The notes under the pieces were generated by a model. It ran no database searches and was not told the DNA's origin. It was given only the letters and a program-made list of their open reading frames with translations. Below, piece after piece: positions 13,390-24,970 of a DNA stretch of 64,000 bases (the first letter of the stretch is position 1; each line of letters opens with the position of its first letter). This stretch comes from an uncultured Acidobacteriota bacterium (GTDB lineage Bacteria; Acidobacteriota; JAQAZP01): the NCBI GenBank assembly GCA_963836075.1, contig CAWIIB010000009.1:3296001-3360000 (forward strand). Direction: 5' to 3'. The position numbers were made by a program, and so were the translations under genes.

Positions 13390-14376
13390 TCAGACCGCCG
13401 CCTCGTGGACGGCCACCTGCTGCAGGTCAAGTTGACCCAGACCGTGACGCCGGGCTTTATCGATCATGATGATGCCGGCCGGGTCGAGACCCCACAGCGA
13501 GGCGCAGTACGCATCCACCGCCACCCGGTCGGTGCCAGCCACCACCTTGTGCGGCCGGTGCAGTTCCCCGGGGCCGAAGGGGCCGTTGGTGATGATGAAT
13601 TCCGTGGCGTCCACCACGCAGAGTGCCGGGTGGATGACGGTGTTCAGATCGGCGATGCACTGGTCCAGGTGCCCGATGTCGTCGTTCTTGAAGTCGCCGG
13701 TGTGGAAAGTCCGGTTCGTTTTTGGTGAACTGAGCCCCATCATGTTCTTCAGCGCACCGGTGAACCGGTTTCCCGCGTGGTCCTTGGTGATCGGCAGGGT
13801 GATCAGCACGTCGTATTCAAAGAACAGCTCCATCACCCGGGCTTTCTTGAGTATTTCGCCCCGGGGAACGGACACCTCCCGGAACAGCGACTCATCAGCG
13901 CGGTCGACGATCCTCAACTGTGCCCCGGCCTGCTCCAGTGCCTGATCCAGACCGGTGGATTTCCAGCTGGACTGGGGGAGCCAGCTGAGACAGGCCACCT
14001 CAGCGGCCCCGGCCTCGCGGCACATGGTCACCACGGCCCGCACGATCTCCGGTTTGGTGAACGTTCCGGGGTTGCTCCGCTGGGCATTGGGCAGCAGGCA
14101 GACCTTCGAACCGCGGGGCACGAAACGATCCATCCCGCCCAGCAGGCGCATGGCCTCCACGGCCTGGGCCCGGGGGTTCCCACCCCGCACCACGGCAATG
14201 TCCGGAGGTGTCACCTTGGCTTCTTTGGCCTGCGGGTCAGCCGGCTTCTCTTCAGCTGTCGGCGGCTGGGTACTGCCTAGGGCCAGGTCAGCAAGCACCC
14301 GGCCGCCCACCAGCGACGCGGCGCAGATGCCGGTTCCCCGGCGGAGAAAGGAGCGACGGGAAATGTTTCGCTTCAC
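13390..14376 (-). CDS. DUF362 domain protein with Tat signal
   Basis: SRRSFL twin-arginine motif, LLPN, TKPEIV, KDH, ALKNMMG and DRVAVDAY motifs; GGAGG before GTG 14376. Confidence 0.85.
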   Translation of the reverse strand: MKRNISRRSFLRRGTGICAASLVGGRVLADLALGSTQPPTAEEKPADPQAKEAKVTPPDIAVVRGGNPRAQAVEAMRLLGGMDRFVPRGSKVCLLPNAQRSNPGTFTKPEIVRAVVTMCREAGAAEVACLSWLPQSSWKSTGLDQALEQAGAQLRIVDRADESLFREVSVPRGEILKKARVMELFFEYDVLITLPITKDHAGNRFTGALKNMMGLSSPKTNRTFHTGDFKNDDIGHLDQCIADLNTVIHPALCVVDATEFIITNGPFGPGELHRPHKVVAGTDRVAVDAYCASLWGLDPAGIIMIDKARRHGLGQLDLQQVAVHEAAV

Positions 14377-14587
14377 GGTGGGTTCCTCCCTGGTGTAAAG
14401 ATGGCTGAGCGCATTATCCACCAAGCGCTCCGATCGTTCAAACACCCGCGAGACGGTTGCTGTCGCGCCGTCGACTATCCCGGTATTCTTGACCTTGCCG
14501 GGGGTGATCACTATCCTTGGATCGACCGCCTGCCGGCCGGGGCTGCCGGGAATTCACCAGGAAACTCCACCAGGAGTGCAGCAGCAG

Positions 14588-16042
14588 ATGATGAACTTTC
14601 GCCGTCCGTTTCCCGGCTTGCCGCTCCGGGTTTCCGCTGTTCTTGCCGCCACTGTTCTCGTGCTGCTCCTTGCCGCGGCCTGGGGCTGTGGTCGGGAAAA
14701 GGGGGGCGAGCGCTGGAACCTGGTGCTGATCACCCTCGACACCTTGCGGGCCGACCATCTCGGCTGTTACGGCTACATCCGCGCCCGGACGCCGAACATT
14801 GACGGCTTTGCCAACGAGGCGCTTCGTTACCAGTGTGCCTACTCGGTGATCAACACCACCCTCGCCTCGCACGCCGCGATGATGACCGGGCGCTACCCGC
14901 AGGGCCTGGGGATCCCGCGCAACAGTTTTCCCCTGGCCCGGGACATCCCGACCCTGGCCGAGCTGCTTCGGGATGAGGGCTATACCACGGCGGCCTTTGT
15001 CAGCGCGTCTTCCCTGCACTCCTCCATGGGCCTGGCCCGGGGGTTCGAGACCTATGACGAGGATTTTGGCATCCTGCACCTGAACCAGGAGCAGCGCCGC
15101 GCCGAGAGCACCACCACCGCCGCTGGCCGCTGGCTCGGCGAGAATGGCGCCGGAAAGCCTTTCTTCCTCTGGGTCCACTACTTCGATCCCCACTATCCCT
15201 ATGCGCCGCCCCCGCCCTTCGACACCATCTACGGGTCGGACTACCAGGGCCCGGCCGACGGCAGCATGGAGTATCTGGCCACCTTGCGCTTGCCGCAAGC
15301 CCGGCCGACACCCGAGGACCTCCAGCAGATGGTCGACCTCTACGACGGGGAGATCGCCTACCTCGACCACTGGCTGGGGAAGCTGATCGAGAGGCTGGAG
15401 GCGCCGGGCATCGGCGAACGGACCCTGGTGGTGATCACCGCGGACCACGGGGAGCAGCTGCTGGAGTGCGAGGTGCTGTTCAATCACGGGCTCTACCTCT
15501 ACCAGCCGAGCGTGGCCGTCCCGCTGCTGATCCGTTTTCCCGAGCCGCTGAAGGTCACGCCGGCGGCGGCCAGCACGGTGCAGACGCTGGATATCCTCCC
15601 CACCATGCTGGCCGCCGCCGGCGTGACCTCTCCGCCGGATAGCGGCGGCCGGAGCCTTATCCCACTCCCGGGCTGCCGGGAACCGGCGGCAGGGCAGGAG
15701 GGGCCGCGGCCGGCCTTCGCCGAGGCCAGCCGGCCCTGGCACGTGGAACGGGGCCATCCGGACGAGTATCAGAACCTGCGCAAGGCGGCCATGGTGGTCA
15801 GCTACCCCTGGAAGCTGGTGGAGACGCCGTATCTCCACCAGGTTGAGCTGTACAACCTGGACCAGGACCCCGGGGAGCGGAACAATGTGGCCGGGGGGAA
15901 CCCGGAGCTGGCCGCCGACCTGCGCCGCCTGATCAGCGGCTGGAGGGACGGGGCGCAGGACGGTTCTGCCCGGCCGGACGACGAGAATCTGCGCCGGCTG
16001 GAAGCGCTGGGCTACGTGGAAGGCTCGCCGGACTCACCCTGA
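14588..16042 (+). CDS. Sulfatase-like alkaline phosphatase superfamily protein (lipoprotein, Thr nucleophile)
   Basis: LDTLRADH, TTLASHAAMMTG, DPH, ADHGE motifs; AWGC lipobox-like site; C-terminal LEALGY. Confidence 0.88.
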   Translation: MMNFRRPFPGLPLRVSAVLAATVLVLLLAAAWGCGREKGGERWNLVLITLDTLRADHLGCYGYIRARTPNIDGFANEALRYQCAYSVINTTLASHAAMMTGRYPQGLGIPRNSFPLARDIPTLAELLRDEGYTTAAFVSASSLHSSMGLARGFETYDEDFGILHLNQEQRRAESTTTAAGRWLGENGAGKPFFLWVHYFDPHYPYAPPPPFDTIYGSDYQGPADGSMEYLATLRLPQARPTPEDLQQMVDLYDGEIAYLDHWLGKLIERLEAPGIGERTLVVITADHGEQLLECEVLFNHGLYLYQPSVAVPLLIRFPEPLKVTPAAASTVQTLDILPTMLAAAGVTSPPDSGGRSLIPLPGCREPAAGQEGPRPAFAEASRPWHVERGHPDEYQNLRKAAMVVSYPWKLVETPYLHQVELYNLDQDPGERNNVAGGNPELAADLRRLISGWRDGAQDGSARPDDENLRRLEALGYVEGSPDSP

Positions 16043-16063
16043 CCCCATCCGGTCGGATTCCGG

Positions 16064-17503
16064 TCACTCGACATACCCGAGAACCCGCAGCCGTTCCCTG
16101 GTTGCCGGGCTGAACTCGGGAACCGCGGACCGTTCGCCGGCCGACGGCAGTTCCTCGAGAAGCGCCTCCATCCCGCCGCGCAACGCCTGCCCCACCTCCG
16201 GCATCGATTCGATCAGGTTGTCATACTCTCCGGGGTCGCTGGACAGGTGGTAGAGTTCGCTGATCTGGTCCGAGCCGACGATGAGCTTGTAATCGCCCCG
16301 GATCAAGCTGCGCAGGCTGCGGCGGTAGCGGTCGAGGACCGAGAGGTCGCGGTCCCGCTGACGGAAGGCGCCCAGGGCCTGCTGCGGATACCCGTACTCG
16401 GAGAGGAGCGGCCGGTCCCGGTCAATCCGCTCCCACTGTTCGGGAAGCAGGGGAATGGCGTGGCCCGGTTCTCCTTCCGATTCCAGGCCGCAGGCCTGCA
16501 CAAGGGTGGGGAAGATGTCGCTGATCACCACCGGTGCGTCGCAGGTCGCCCCGGCCGGGAACAGCTCGCGGTGGACCATGATCAGCGGGATGTGCAGCGT
16601 GGTGTTGTAGAGTGAAAAGACATGGTCCACCAGGCCGTGTTCGCCGAGATTCTCCCCGTGGTCCGAAGTGACCACCAGCACCGTGTTGTCCATCATCCCC
16701 TCACGCTCCAGCAGGCCGGCCACGTCTTCCATCGCTTCGTCGAGGCGGCGCAGCTCGGCGTCGTAGAGCGAGCTGAGCAGGCGGAAGGCCAGTGCGTCGT
16801 AGACGATCCGGCCCAGGAAGTAGTCGGTCCACCGCTGGGGCAGTGCCCTCGCCGCGGCCAGTTCCCTCTCCTCCAGCATCAGCAGGGCCTGGCGGTCAGG
16901 GGGGCGGTACGGGGCATGGGTGTCGAGGTAGTTGATGAACAGGAATAGCGGCTTCTCCCGGTTCCGCTCCTGCTTCCACCAGCGCCGCAGCTCGTAGTTC
17001 ACCCGGTGGGGGTAGCTGTCTCCCCAGCGGGTTATCTTTTTCGTTCGCTCCATTTTCCAGACCTCGTGAAAGGTCTGGAACCCCTGGGAAAGGTTGGTGG
17101 AACTGCCCACCAGGGGGTTGGCGGAGAAGGCCACGGTCTGGTAGCCCTGTGCGGCGAAGCGTTCGGCCAGTGTCAGGCAGCTGTCTTCCAGGTAGAGGTG
17201 TTCCTGGGTCGCCCCGTGGGAGAAGGGATAGAGGCCGGTGAACATGCTGGCGTGGGACGGAAGAGTCCAGCAGGACGTGGAATAGGCCCGGGTGAACCGG
17301 ACGCCCTGTCCGGCCAGCCGGTCGAGGAAGGGCGTCGTCTCCCGCTGATAGCCGTAGCTGCCGAACCGGTCGGCTCGCGAGGTGTCCAGAACCACCAGCA
17401 CCACGCTGGGCGGCAGCTCCTGCCGGGGTGAGCACTGGAGCAGGCCCAGGACCGCTGCTCCGGCAACAGCCAGCAAGATGGTAAGCGATGCGGTTCTGTT
17501 CAT
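16064..17503 (-). CDS. Sulfatase-like alkaline phosphatase superfamily protein (Thr nucleophile)
   Basis: LDTSRAD, WTLPSHASMFTG, DTH, SDHGE motifs; C-terminal LRVLGY. Confidence 0.88.
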   Translation of the reverse strand: MNRTASLTILLAVAGAAVLGLLQCSPRQELPPSVVLVVLDTSRADRFGSYGYQRETTPFLDRLAGQGVRFTRAYSTSCWTLPSHASMFTGLYPFSHGATQEHLYLEDSCLTLAERFAAQGYQTVAFSANPLVGSSTNLSQGFQTFHEVWKMERTKKITRWGDSYPHRVNYELRRWWKQERNREKPLFLFINYLDTHAPYRPPDRQALLMLEERELAAARALPQRWTDYFLGRIVYDALAFRLLSSLYDAELRRLDEAMEDVAGLLEREGMMDNTVLVVTSDHGENLGEHGLVDHVFSLYNTTLHIPLIMVHRELFPAGATCDAPVVISDIFPTLVQACGLESEGEPGHAIPLLPEQWERIDRDRPLLSEYGYPQQALGAFRQRDRDLSVLDRYRRSLRSLIRGDYKLIVGSDQISELYHLSSDPGEYDNLIESMPEVGQALRGGMEALLEELPSAGERSAVPEFSPATRERLRVLGYVE

Positions 17504-17522
17504 CCCTTCACCTCAGCCTCGT

Positions 17523-19502
17523 TCAATAGCCGGACCGCAGAAATTCGGGAGAGAAGGGGACGCGGGGTTCCACATTGAAGGAGCAAAAGCGGACGCCGGT
17601 GAACTCGACCCGCTCCGGGCGGGCGTTGAGCATCCCGGGAAAAGTTATGGTCAGCGCCACCCGGCCGGCGTTGCCGGGCAGGAAAGCGCGGAACGATCCG
17701 CCTTCCGGCGTGGTGCGGAGACGCTCCATACCGTTGCCGTGCGCCCTCGGCCTGTCCTGCAGGATCCCGTTGACCCGGACCTTCATCTCCGGGACGGAGA
17801 AGCGCCGCAGCAGGCCGGGCCGGTACTCGAAGCGGCAGTTCATCTCCACAAAGCCCCGGCCCGTTCCCTCGGGCACGGGCCACTCCACCGTGAACCCGTT
17901 TTCCGCCGATGCGGCGATCAGGCCCTCCACGGTTCCGGTCACTGCCACCGGATCCGCCGCACTCTCCCGCTTTTCGTAGACGATGCTGGTCCCGAAACTG
18001 TGAATCGGCCGGTAGTGCCGCAGAATGTAATCGAGCAGCGGGTGCAGGTCCTCGGCCACCGCCGAAAAGAAGACGTTGTTGCAGTCGATGACCGCGTAGC
18101 GGGCATCCAGCTGAGCCAGGGTGTCGGCCAGCCGAGCCTGCCGCGACGGCATGCTCAGCCAGCAGTTGTCGTCGTGGGCCAGCAGCAGGGGCTGGCCGGC
18201 CCGGTACGCCTCGAATCCGTGCAGGGGGAAGATAATGCGCTCGCCTGGATGGCGATCGCAGAATTGACGGACCTGCTGCACCATCCTGTCGGTTGCCGGC
18301 ATGACGTGCACCCCGCCAGCCCATTCCGGCGCGGGCCAGCTCCGGCTGAAGTGCTCACGGTTGATGTTGTTTCCGGCGGTCCTGGCCCGGGTGGAATCGA
18401 AGGTGGTGATCCCCGAGGCGACCAGCAGGCAGAGCAGCACGCGATGCCAGTGCAAGCGCGCGCGCTGCTGGAACAGCCAGCCCATCAGCACCATGAACGG
18501 GGGGAGCACGTAGACCAGGTGATCGAAGGACGTGCGGACATAGTCCGAGGTCCAGAGCAGGGCGGCGTAGGTGGTGACCGCGGGAATCCAGATCGGGGCC
18601 GGCTCCCGCATGTTGCGGGAAGAACGGAGCACCGCGGTCCAGACCGCGGTGATCAGTACCAGGGCCAAAGGAAGGTAGTGGAACAGGGCTCGTGGATCGG
18701 CGGCGATTTCGGCGGGGCCGGGAAAGGGCAGGCCGAAAATCCAGACCTGGTTTGACGAGACATAAGCGGCGTGGGCCAGGTAGGCGGAACCCCAGACGGT
18801 GCCGGCGGTGAGCAGGGCCAGCATCAGGCCGGCGCAGGCGGCGCCCATCAGGTAGCGGAGTAGCGCGCCCTTGCGCAGGGACGGTGAAAGGGCGCAGAGG
18901 TCGAACAGGGCCAGCACGAGCGCTGACGGTACAAGGTAGATCCCGATATCCAGCGAGTAGAAGAAGGCGAAGAGGATCATCGGGAATACGGCGAGCCGGA
19001 TCCGGCCGGCAAAGCGTGTGCCGATGGACCGGGCCCAGACGGCGAGAAAGAACAGGCCCAGGACGGATCGTGTCGATCCGCAGTGAAAGAGGTGGCCCAC
19101 CGACCAGCAGGCCGCGGCAATGATGGTGAACAGCCGCCCCGGCCAGGCCAGGCCAAAGAGCCGGACTGATCCCAGCAGCATGGCCATCGACACCAGCGGG
19201 CTGGCGACGTAGAGGAAGAACTTCACCGAGAGCAGCGTCGCACCGCCGGTGAGCAGGGCGCAGAACGATTGGAAATAGTGATAGAGAGGGCCGTACCAGG
19301 GCAGGAAGTCCCGGTACGGGACCTGCCCGTCAAAGATGCGGACGGTGGCCATCAGCAGCGCCGTGTGGTGCAGGCGGTCGTAGCCGTGCCACAGGCCGGG
19401 GATGGGGAAGAGCACGGACCAGAGCACCACGAAATAGAGGCCCAGGGCGATCAGGTCCGCGTTGTGGAGCAGGCGTGGGCGCTGTGCCGCGAGATCAGTC
19501 AT
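17523..19502 (-). CDS. Polytopic membrane protein, probable GT-C fold glycosyltransferase
   Basis: 659 aa, about 11-13 TM helices; GQVPYRDFLPWYGPL loop after the first helix; soluble C-terminal domain. Confidence 0.55.
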   Translation of the reverse strand: MTDLAAQRPRLLHNADLIALGLYFVVLWSVLFPIPGLWHGYDRLHHTALLMATVRIFDGQVPYRDFLPWYGPLYHYFQSFCALLTGGATLLSVKFFLYVASPLVSMAMLLGSVRLFGLAWPGRLFTIIAAACWSVGHLFHCGSTRSVLGLFFLAVWARSIGTRFAGRIRLAVFPMILFAFFYSLDIGIYLVPSALVLALFDLCALSPSLRKGALLRYLMGAACAGLMLALLTAGTVWGSAYLAHAAYVSSNQVWIFGLPFPGPAEIAADPRALFHYLPLALVLITAVWTAVLRSSRNMREPAPIWIPAVTTYAALLWTSDYVRTSFDHLVYVLPPFMVLMGWLFQQRARLHWHRVLLCLLVASGITTFDSTRARTAGNNINREHFSRSWPAPEWAGGVHVMPATDRMVQQVRQFCDRHPGERIIFPLHGFEAYRAGQPLLLAHDDNCWLSMPSRQARLADTLAQLDARYAVIDCNNVFFSAVAEDLHPLLDYILRHYRPIHSFGTSIVYEKRESAADPVAVTGTVEGLIAASAENGFTVEWPVPEGTGRGFVEMNCRFEYRPGLLRRFSVPEMKVRVNGILQDRPRAHGNGMERLRTTPEGGSFRAFLPGNAGRVALTITFPGMLNARPERVEFTGVRFCSFNVEPRVPFSPEFLRSGY

Positions 19503-19681
19503 CTACCCACCAGTCTATTCCGGCTCGGTCGCTGCCGCCGGCTTTGCGGAAATCCGGCATGCTGAAATCAGGACAACCTGGAGAGCATACGTGAAAGCGG
19601 ATTTATTGCCAACCGTTGACACCCGTGGGGGCCGGAACTATCCTTTTCCCGCCCTGGTTTCCCGCGGGCCTGGAGGATCGA

Positions 19682-21046
19682 ATGCGAGAACTGATGACAT
19701 CGCTGGCCGTGCTCGGCGTCGCTACGGTGCTCATCTATCTCCTGCTGGTTGCCGGCGGCGGTGATGTGGTTACCGTCGAGTCGGCCGGCGGCCCCTGGAA
19801 CCTGATCCTCCTCACCCTGGACACGCTCCGCGCTGACCACCTCGGCTGCTACGGGTATTTCCGGGAAACCTCACCTGCCATCGACCGCCTTGCCGGTGAG
19901 TCCGCAGTCTTTGACAACGCCATCATCCCTTCACCCTTTACCGCGCCCTCCCACGCCACCATGCTCACCGGCCTCTATCCCGCAGGGCACGGGGTGCTGA
20001 CCAACGGCTACCGGCTGGTCAGCGCCAACCGCTCGTTGGCCGAGGTGCTGCGGGACAGCGGATACCGCACCGCCGGCTTTGTCGCCGCCCGGCGGGTGCT
20101 GGGTCGGCGGTTCGGCTTCGGCCAGGGTTTCGAGGTTTTCGAGGAAGGGGAGGCGGACCAGCGGCGGGCCGCCGAGGTCAACCGGGAGGTCACGGCCTGG
20201 CTCGAGACCCTCGGCGACGGGGAGCGTTTTTTTGCCTGGATCCACTACTACGACATCCACTGCGACTACCAGGCGCCCGAGCCCTGGTTCGAGCTGTTCT
20301 GCCCCGGCTACGGCGGGGATATCGACCCGCACGGCAAGTGCGGCAAGTCGTATTACAACAGTGCCGAGCTGGACGACGAGGACCTGGATTACGTCCGCTC
20401 GCTCTACGACGGTGAGATCCGCTACGTCGACGAGCAGATCTCCGGGCTGCTGGACCGGCTGGCGGAAACCGGGCTGCTCCACCGGACGATCATCGTCATC
20501 ACCTCCGACCATGGCGAGTCTCTGGGCGAGCGGGGCCTCGTGGGCCACAACCTCTGCCTCTACGACTACGAGATCCGCGTGCCGTTGATCATCCGCCACC
20601 CGGGGCTCGCCGCGGCCCCGTCCCGGATCGGGAACCTGGTGTCCACTGCTTCGCTGATGCCGAGCCTGCTCGAACTGCTGGGCATCGCCCACCACGGGGA
20701 TCTGGATGAGACCAGTTTCGCCGGCCTGCTCCACGGCCGTCCCCGGCGCCCCTCGTTTGGATTTTCCCACACCGCTCCCGAAGGCCAGGCCGCCCAGCTC
20801 TTCAGCATCCGCACCCGGGACCGCAAGCTGATCCTCAACCCGGACGGCCGGCAGGAATTCTACTCGCTGAATAACGGCGTGGAGCAGGACCCGCCGGCAG
20901 GTGACCGGGATCAATCGGCGGAGCAACTCCGAAATGCGCTCAGCCGGTGGATCCTCCACCGGGAAGAGCGTGCGTCGGGCAAGGGCCAGGCGGTCAGTGA
21001 CGAGGTGAAGCAGCAGTTGAAGGCACTGGGCTACGTCAACCAGTAG
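19682..21046 (+). CDS. Sulfatase-like alkaline phosphatase superfamily protein (Thr nucleophile)
   Basis: LDTLRADH, FTAPSHATMLTG, DIH, SDHGE; C-terminal LKALGY; GGAGG before ATG 19682. Confidence 0.88.
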   Translation: MRELMTSLAVLGVATVLIYLLLVAGGGDVVTVESAGGPWNLILLTLDTLRADHLGCYGYFRETSPAIDRLAGESAVFDNAIIPSPFTAPSHATMLTGLYPAGHGVLTNGYRLVSANRSLAEVLRDSGYRTAGFVAARRVLGRRFGFGQGFEVFEEGEADQRRAAEVNREVTAWLETLGDGERFFAWIHYYDIHCDYQAPEPWFELFCPGYGGDIDPHGKCGKSYYNSAELDDEDLDYVRSLYDGEIRYVDEQISGLLDRLAETGLLHRTIIVITSDHGESLGERGLVGHNLCLYDYEIRVPLIIRHPGLAAAPSRIGNLVSTASLMPSLLELLGIAHHGDLDETSFAGLLHGRPRRPSFGFSHTAPEGQAAQLFSIRTRDRKLILNPDGRQEFYSLNNGVEQDPPAGDRDQSAEQLRNALSRWILHREERASGKGQAVSDEVKQQLKALGYVNQ

Positions 21047-21269
21047 GTCAGGGCGGTCTGCAGTCCGCAGCCCCGAGGCGACCACCCTCATCCCCCACCA
21101 AAGCCCGTCTGGCGGAAAAAATTATCGCTAACCACTGAAAGTATACTAAAATAATAGGGTATAAGTGGTCACGACCATGATTTTCGGTCAGGTGACGTAG
21201 TGCGGCCTCGCTGACTGGCGAAACAGTCTGACGCCGGAGCGCAGCAGGAGAAAGTGGAAAGGTGACCCG

Positions 21270-21719
21270 ATGAAATTGCGCGTGTTTCTGATAGACGACG
21301 ATCAGAGGATCAGGGATCTGGTGCAGGATGTTGTGGAGGAGCGGGGGCACAAGGTGTATGCCTTTACCGAGCCGTTCCGCTGCCCGATCCTGCTCAACGA
21401 GAAGTGTGACTGCCCCGATGGCTGGCAGTGCGGTGACCTGTTCATCACCGATCTGGAGATGCCGGGGATGAGCGGCCTCGATTTTATCGCCAACCAGGTC
21501 CGTTTCGGCTGCCGGGGGCTGACGGAAAACACCGCGGTGATGTCCGGGGGCTGGACCGACGGCGAACTGGCCCGGGCCAGGGAGCTGGGCTGCCGGACGT
21601 TTCACAAACCGTTCGATCTGGAAGAATTCATCTCCTGGATCGAGGCGTGCGAACGGCGGGCCAATCCCGCCCGGGGGCTGACCGCCATGTGCGTCGACCG
21701 GCAGGCCGCACAGTCGTAG
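21270..21719 (+). CDS. Single-domain response regulator receiver with Cys-rich insert
   Basis: LIDDD, ITDLEMP, SG and KPF receiver motifs; insert CPILLNEKCDCPDGWQC. Confidence 0.85.
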   Translation: MKLRVFLIDDDQRIRDLVQDVVEERGHKVYAFTEPFRCPILLNEKCDCPDGWQCGDLFITDLEMPGMSGLDFIANQVRFGCRGLTENTAVMSGGWTDGELARARELGCRTFHKPFDLEEFISWIEACERRANPARGLTAMCVDRQAAQS

Positions 21720-21731
21720 GTCAAAGGGGAG

Positions 21732-22983
<1,252 letters not shown>

Positions 22984-23014
22984 GGTTCAGATCTCCTTTG
23001 CGCAGCCCGGACGG

Positions 23015-24251
23015 CTATTCATAGCGCAGGGCCTCCAGCGGCTTCATCCGCGACGCCTTGAGCGCCGGGATCAGGCCGGAGACCAGACCCACCAGCAGGG
23101 AAACGGCGATGGCCACCAGCACGATTCCCACGGAAATGCTGGCCGGCATCACCAGCCGGTCGATGAGGGCGGTGGCCCCGTAGGCCAGCACCAGCCCAAC
23201 CAGGCAGCCGGCGAGGCAGATGGCCGAGCTTTCGATGAGAAACTGGGACAGAATCGCCCGCCGTTTGGCGCCGATGGCCTTGCGGATGCCGATCTCCCTG
23301 GTCCGTTCGGTGACCGAGACGAACATGATGTTGGTCACCCCGATGCCGCCCACAAAGAGCGAGATGCCGGTGATCAGCATGCCGATCAGCACCACTACCC
23401 CCATCACGTTGTTGAACATCGCCACCAGGGCGTCCATCTTGTTGATCGCGAAGTTGTCGTCCTCGGTGGGGCGCAGGCGGCGGATCTTGCGCATCTCGCC
23501 GATCACCTCGAACTCGAAGTCTTCCAGCGCCTCTCCGGGGGGGGCTTTGACCGCGATGTCGAGGTTGCGGTTGGCCATGCCGAAGCAGCAGGCGAAGGTG
23601 GTGATCGGCACCTGAATCTGGCTGTCGAAGTCCGGGCCGCCGAAGACGCCGGCGCTGCCCTGTTTCTCCATCACCCCCACCACCCGGTAGTTGTGCCGGC
23701 CCACCTTGACCGTCTTGTTCAACGGGTCACTGTTTTCGAAGAGCTTTTCGTGGATCGTGCTGCCAATGACGCAGACCCGTTTCTTGTAGTTTACGTCGTA
23801 GGCGCTGAGGAAGCGGCCGAATTCGGGCACCGCGCTGGAGACCAGCATCTGTTTGTGGGTCGTGCCGATCACATCCACGTTGTCCATGGTGCTGGAGAGA
23901 TACTTCATCGCCCGCCGGGTGCTGGCGGTGGGGTTCACCGCAACGGCGCTGTGCAGCGCCCGGTCCAGCTTGGTCGGAATCCTTGAGGTCGACGTTGGGC
24001 CGGTTGCGAAAGTCGAAGAAGCGGCCGGTGTGGACCCAGGGCGTCCGCGAGATGTAGAGCACGTCCGAGCCGAGAACCGAGACGCTCTCCTTGAACGAGT
24101 TGGAAAGGCCATTGGCCGCGGTCATGGTGGTCACCACGCCGACGATGCCGATGATGATGCCGAGGGTCGTGAGGATGCCGCGGGACTTGTTGGCCCGCAC
24201 CGCTCCGAAGGCGATCCTCATCGACTCGGCGATTTCGTGGACTATCCTCAC
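23015..24251 (-). CDS. MacB/FtsX-type ABC transporter permease, +1 frameshift near 23972
   Basis: [14 protein letters not shown]-terminus joins ...DLKDSD/KLDR... to the frame with [17 protein letters not shown]. Confidence 0.88.
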
Positions 24252-24970
24252 ATCACGACCTGCATCAGCGGCTCACGGAGTACCGCGGAGTCATCCTCGA
24301 TCAGCCCGTCACGCAACTTGATCACCCGCTCGGTGTGCCGGGCCATGGCTTCTTCGTGGGTCACCAGCAGGATGGTGTTCCCCTGCCGGTGCAGCCGGTT
24401 GAAGATGCCCATGATCTCCTCGCCGGTGACGCTGTCCAGGTTTCCGGTGGGCTCGTCGGCGAGGATCATCGAGGGCTTGTTGACCAGGGCCCGGGCAATG
24501 GCCACCCGCTGGCGCTCGCCGCCCGACAGCTCGCTGGGCTTGTGGTGCATCCTGGCGCTCAGGCCCACCGCCTCGATGGCCTCCTGCACCAGCTGTTTCC
24601 GCTTTCCGCGGGCCATTCCACCGTAGATCAGCGGCAGCTCGACGTTGTAGAAGACGTCGGTGCGCGGGATCAGGTTGAAGGTCTGGAAGACGAAACCGAT
24701 CATCCGGTTACGGATTTCGGCCAGCTGATCTTCCTTGAGCGTGCTCACGTCCACGCCATCCAGGAGGTAGCTGCCCGAGGTGGGCGTGTCGAGACAGCCG
24801 AGGAGATTCATCATCGTCGACTTGCCGGAGCCGGAAGGCCCCATGATCGCCACGTATTCATTCTTGTCAATGTCAAAGTTGACCCCTTTCAGGGCCGGCA
24901 CTTCCACACTGCCCATGCGGTAGGTCTTGACCAGTTGATTCACTTGTACGGTCATTGCTGCCTCGCTCAT
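24248..24970 (-). CDS. ABC transporter ATP-binding protein (MacB/LolD-like)
   Basis: [16 protein letters not shown] and ADEPTGNLD motifs. Confidence 0.96.
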   Translation of the reverse strand: MSEAAMTVQVNQLVKTYRMGSVEVPALKGVNFDIDKNEYVAIMGPSGSGKSTMMNLLGCLDTPTSGSYLLDGVDVSTLKEDQLAEIRNRMIGFVFQTFNLIPRTDVFYNVELPLIYGGMARGKRKQLVQEAIEAVGLSARMHHKPSELSGGERQRVAIARALVNKPSMILADEPTGNLDSVTGEEIMGIFNRLHRQGNTILLVTHEEAMARHTERVIKLRDGLIEDDSAVLREPLMQVVM

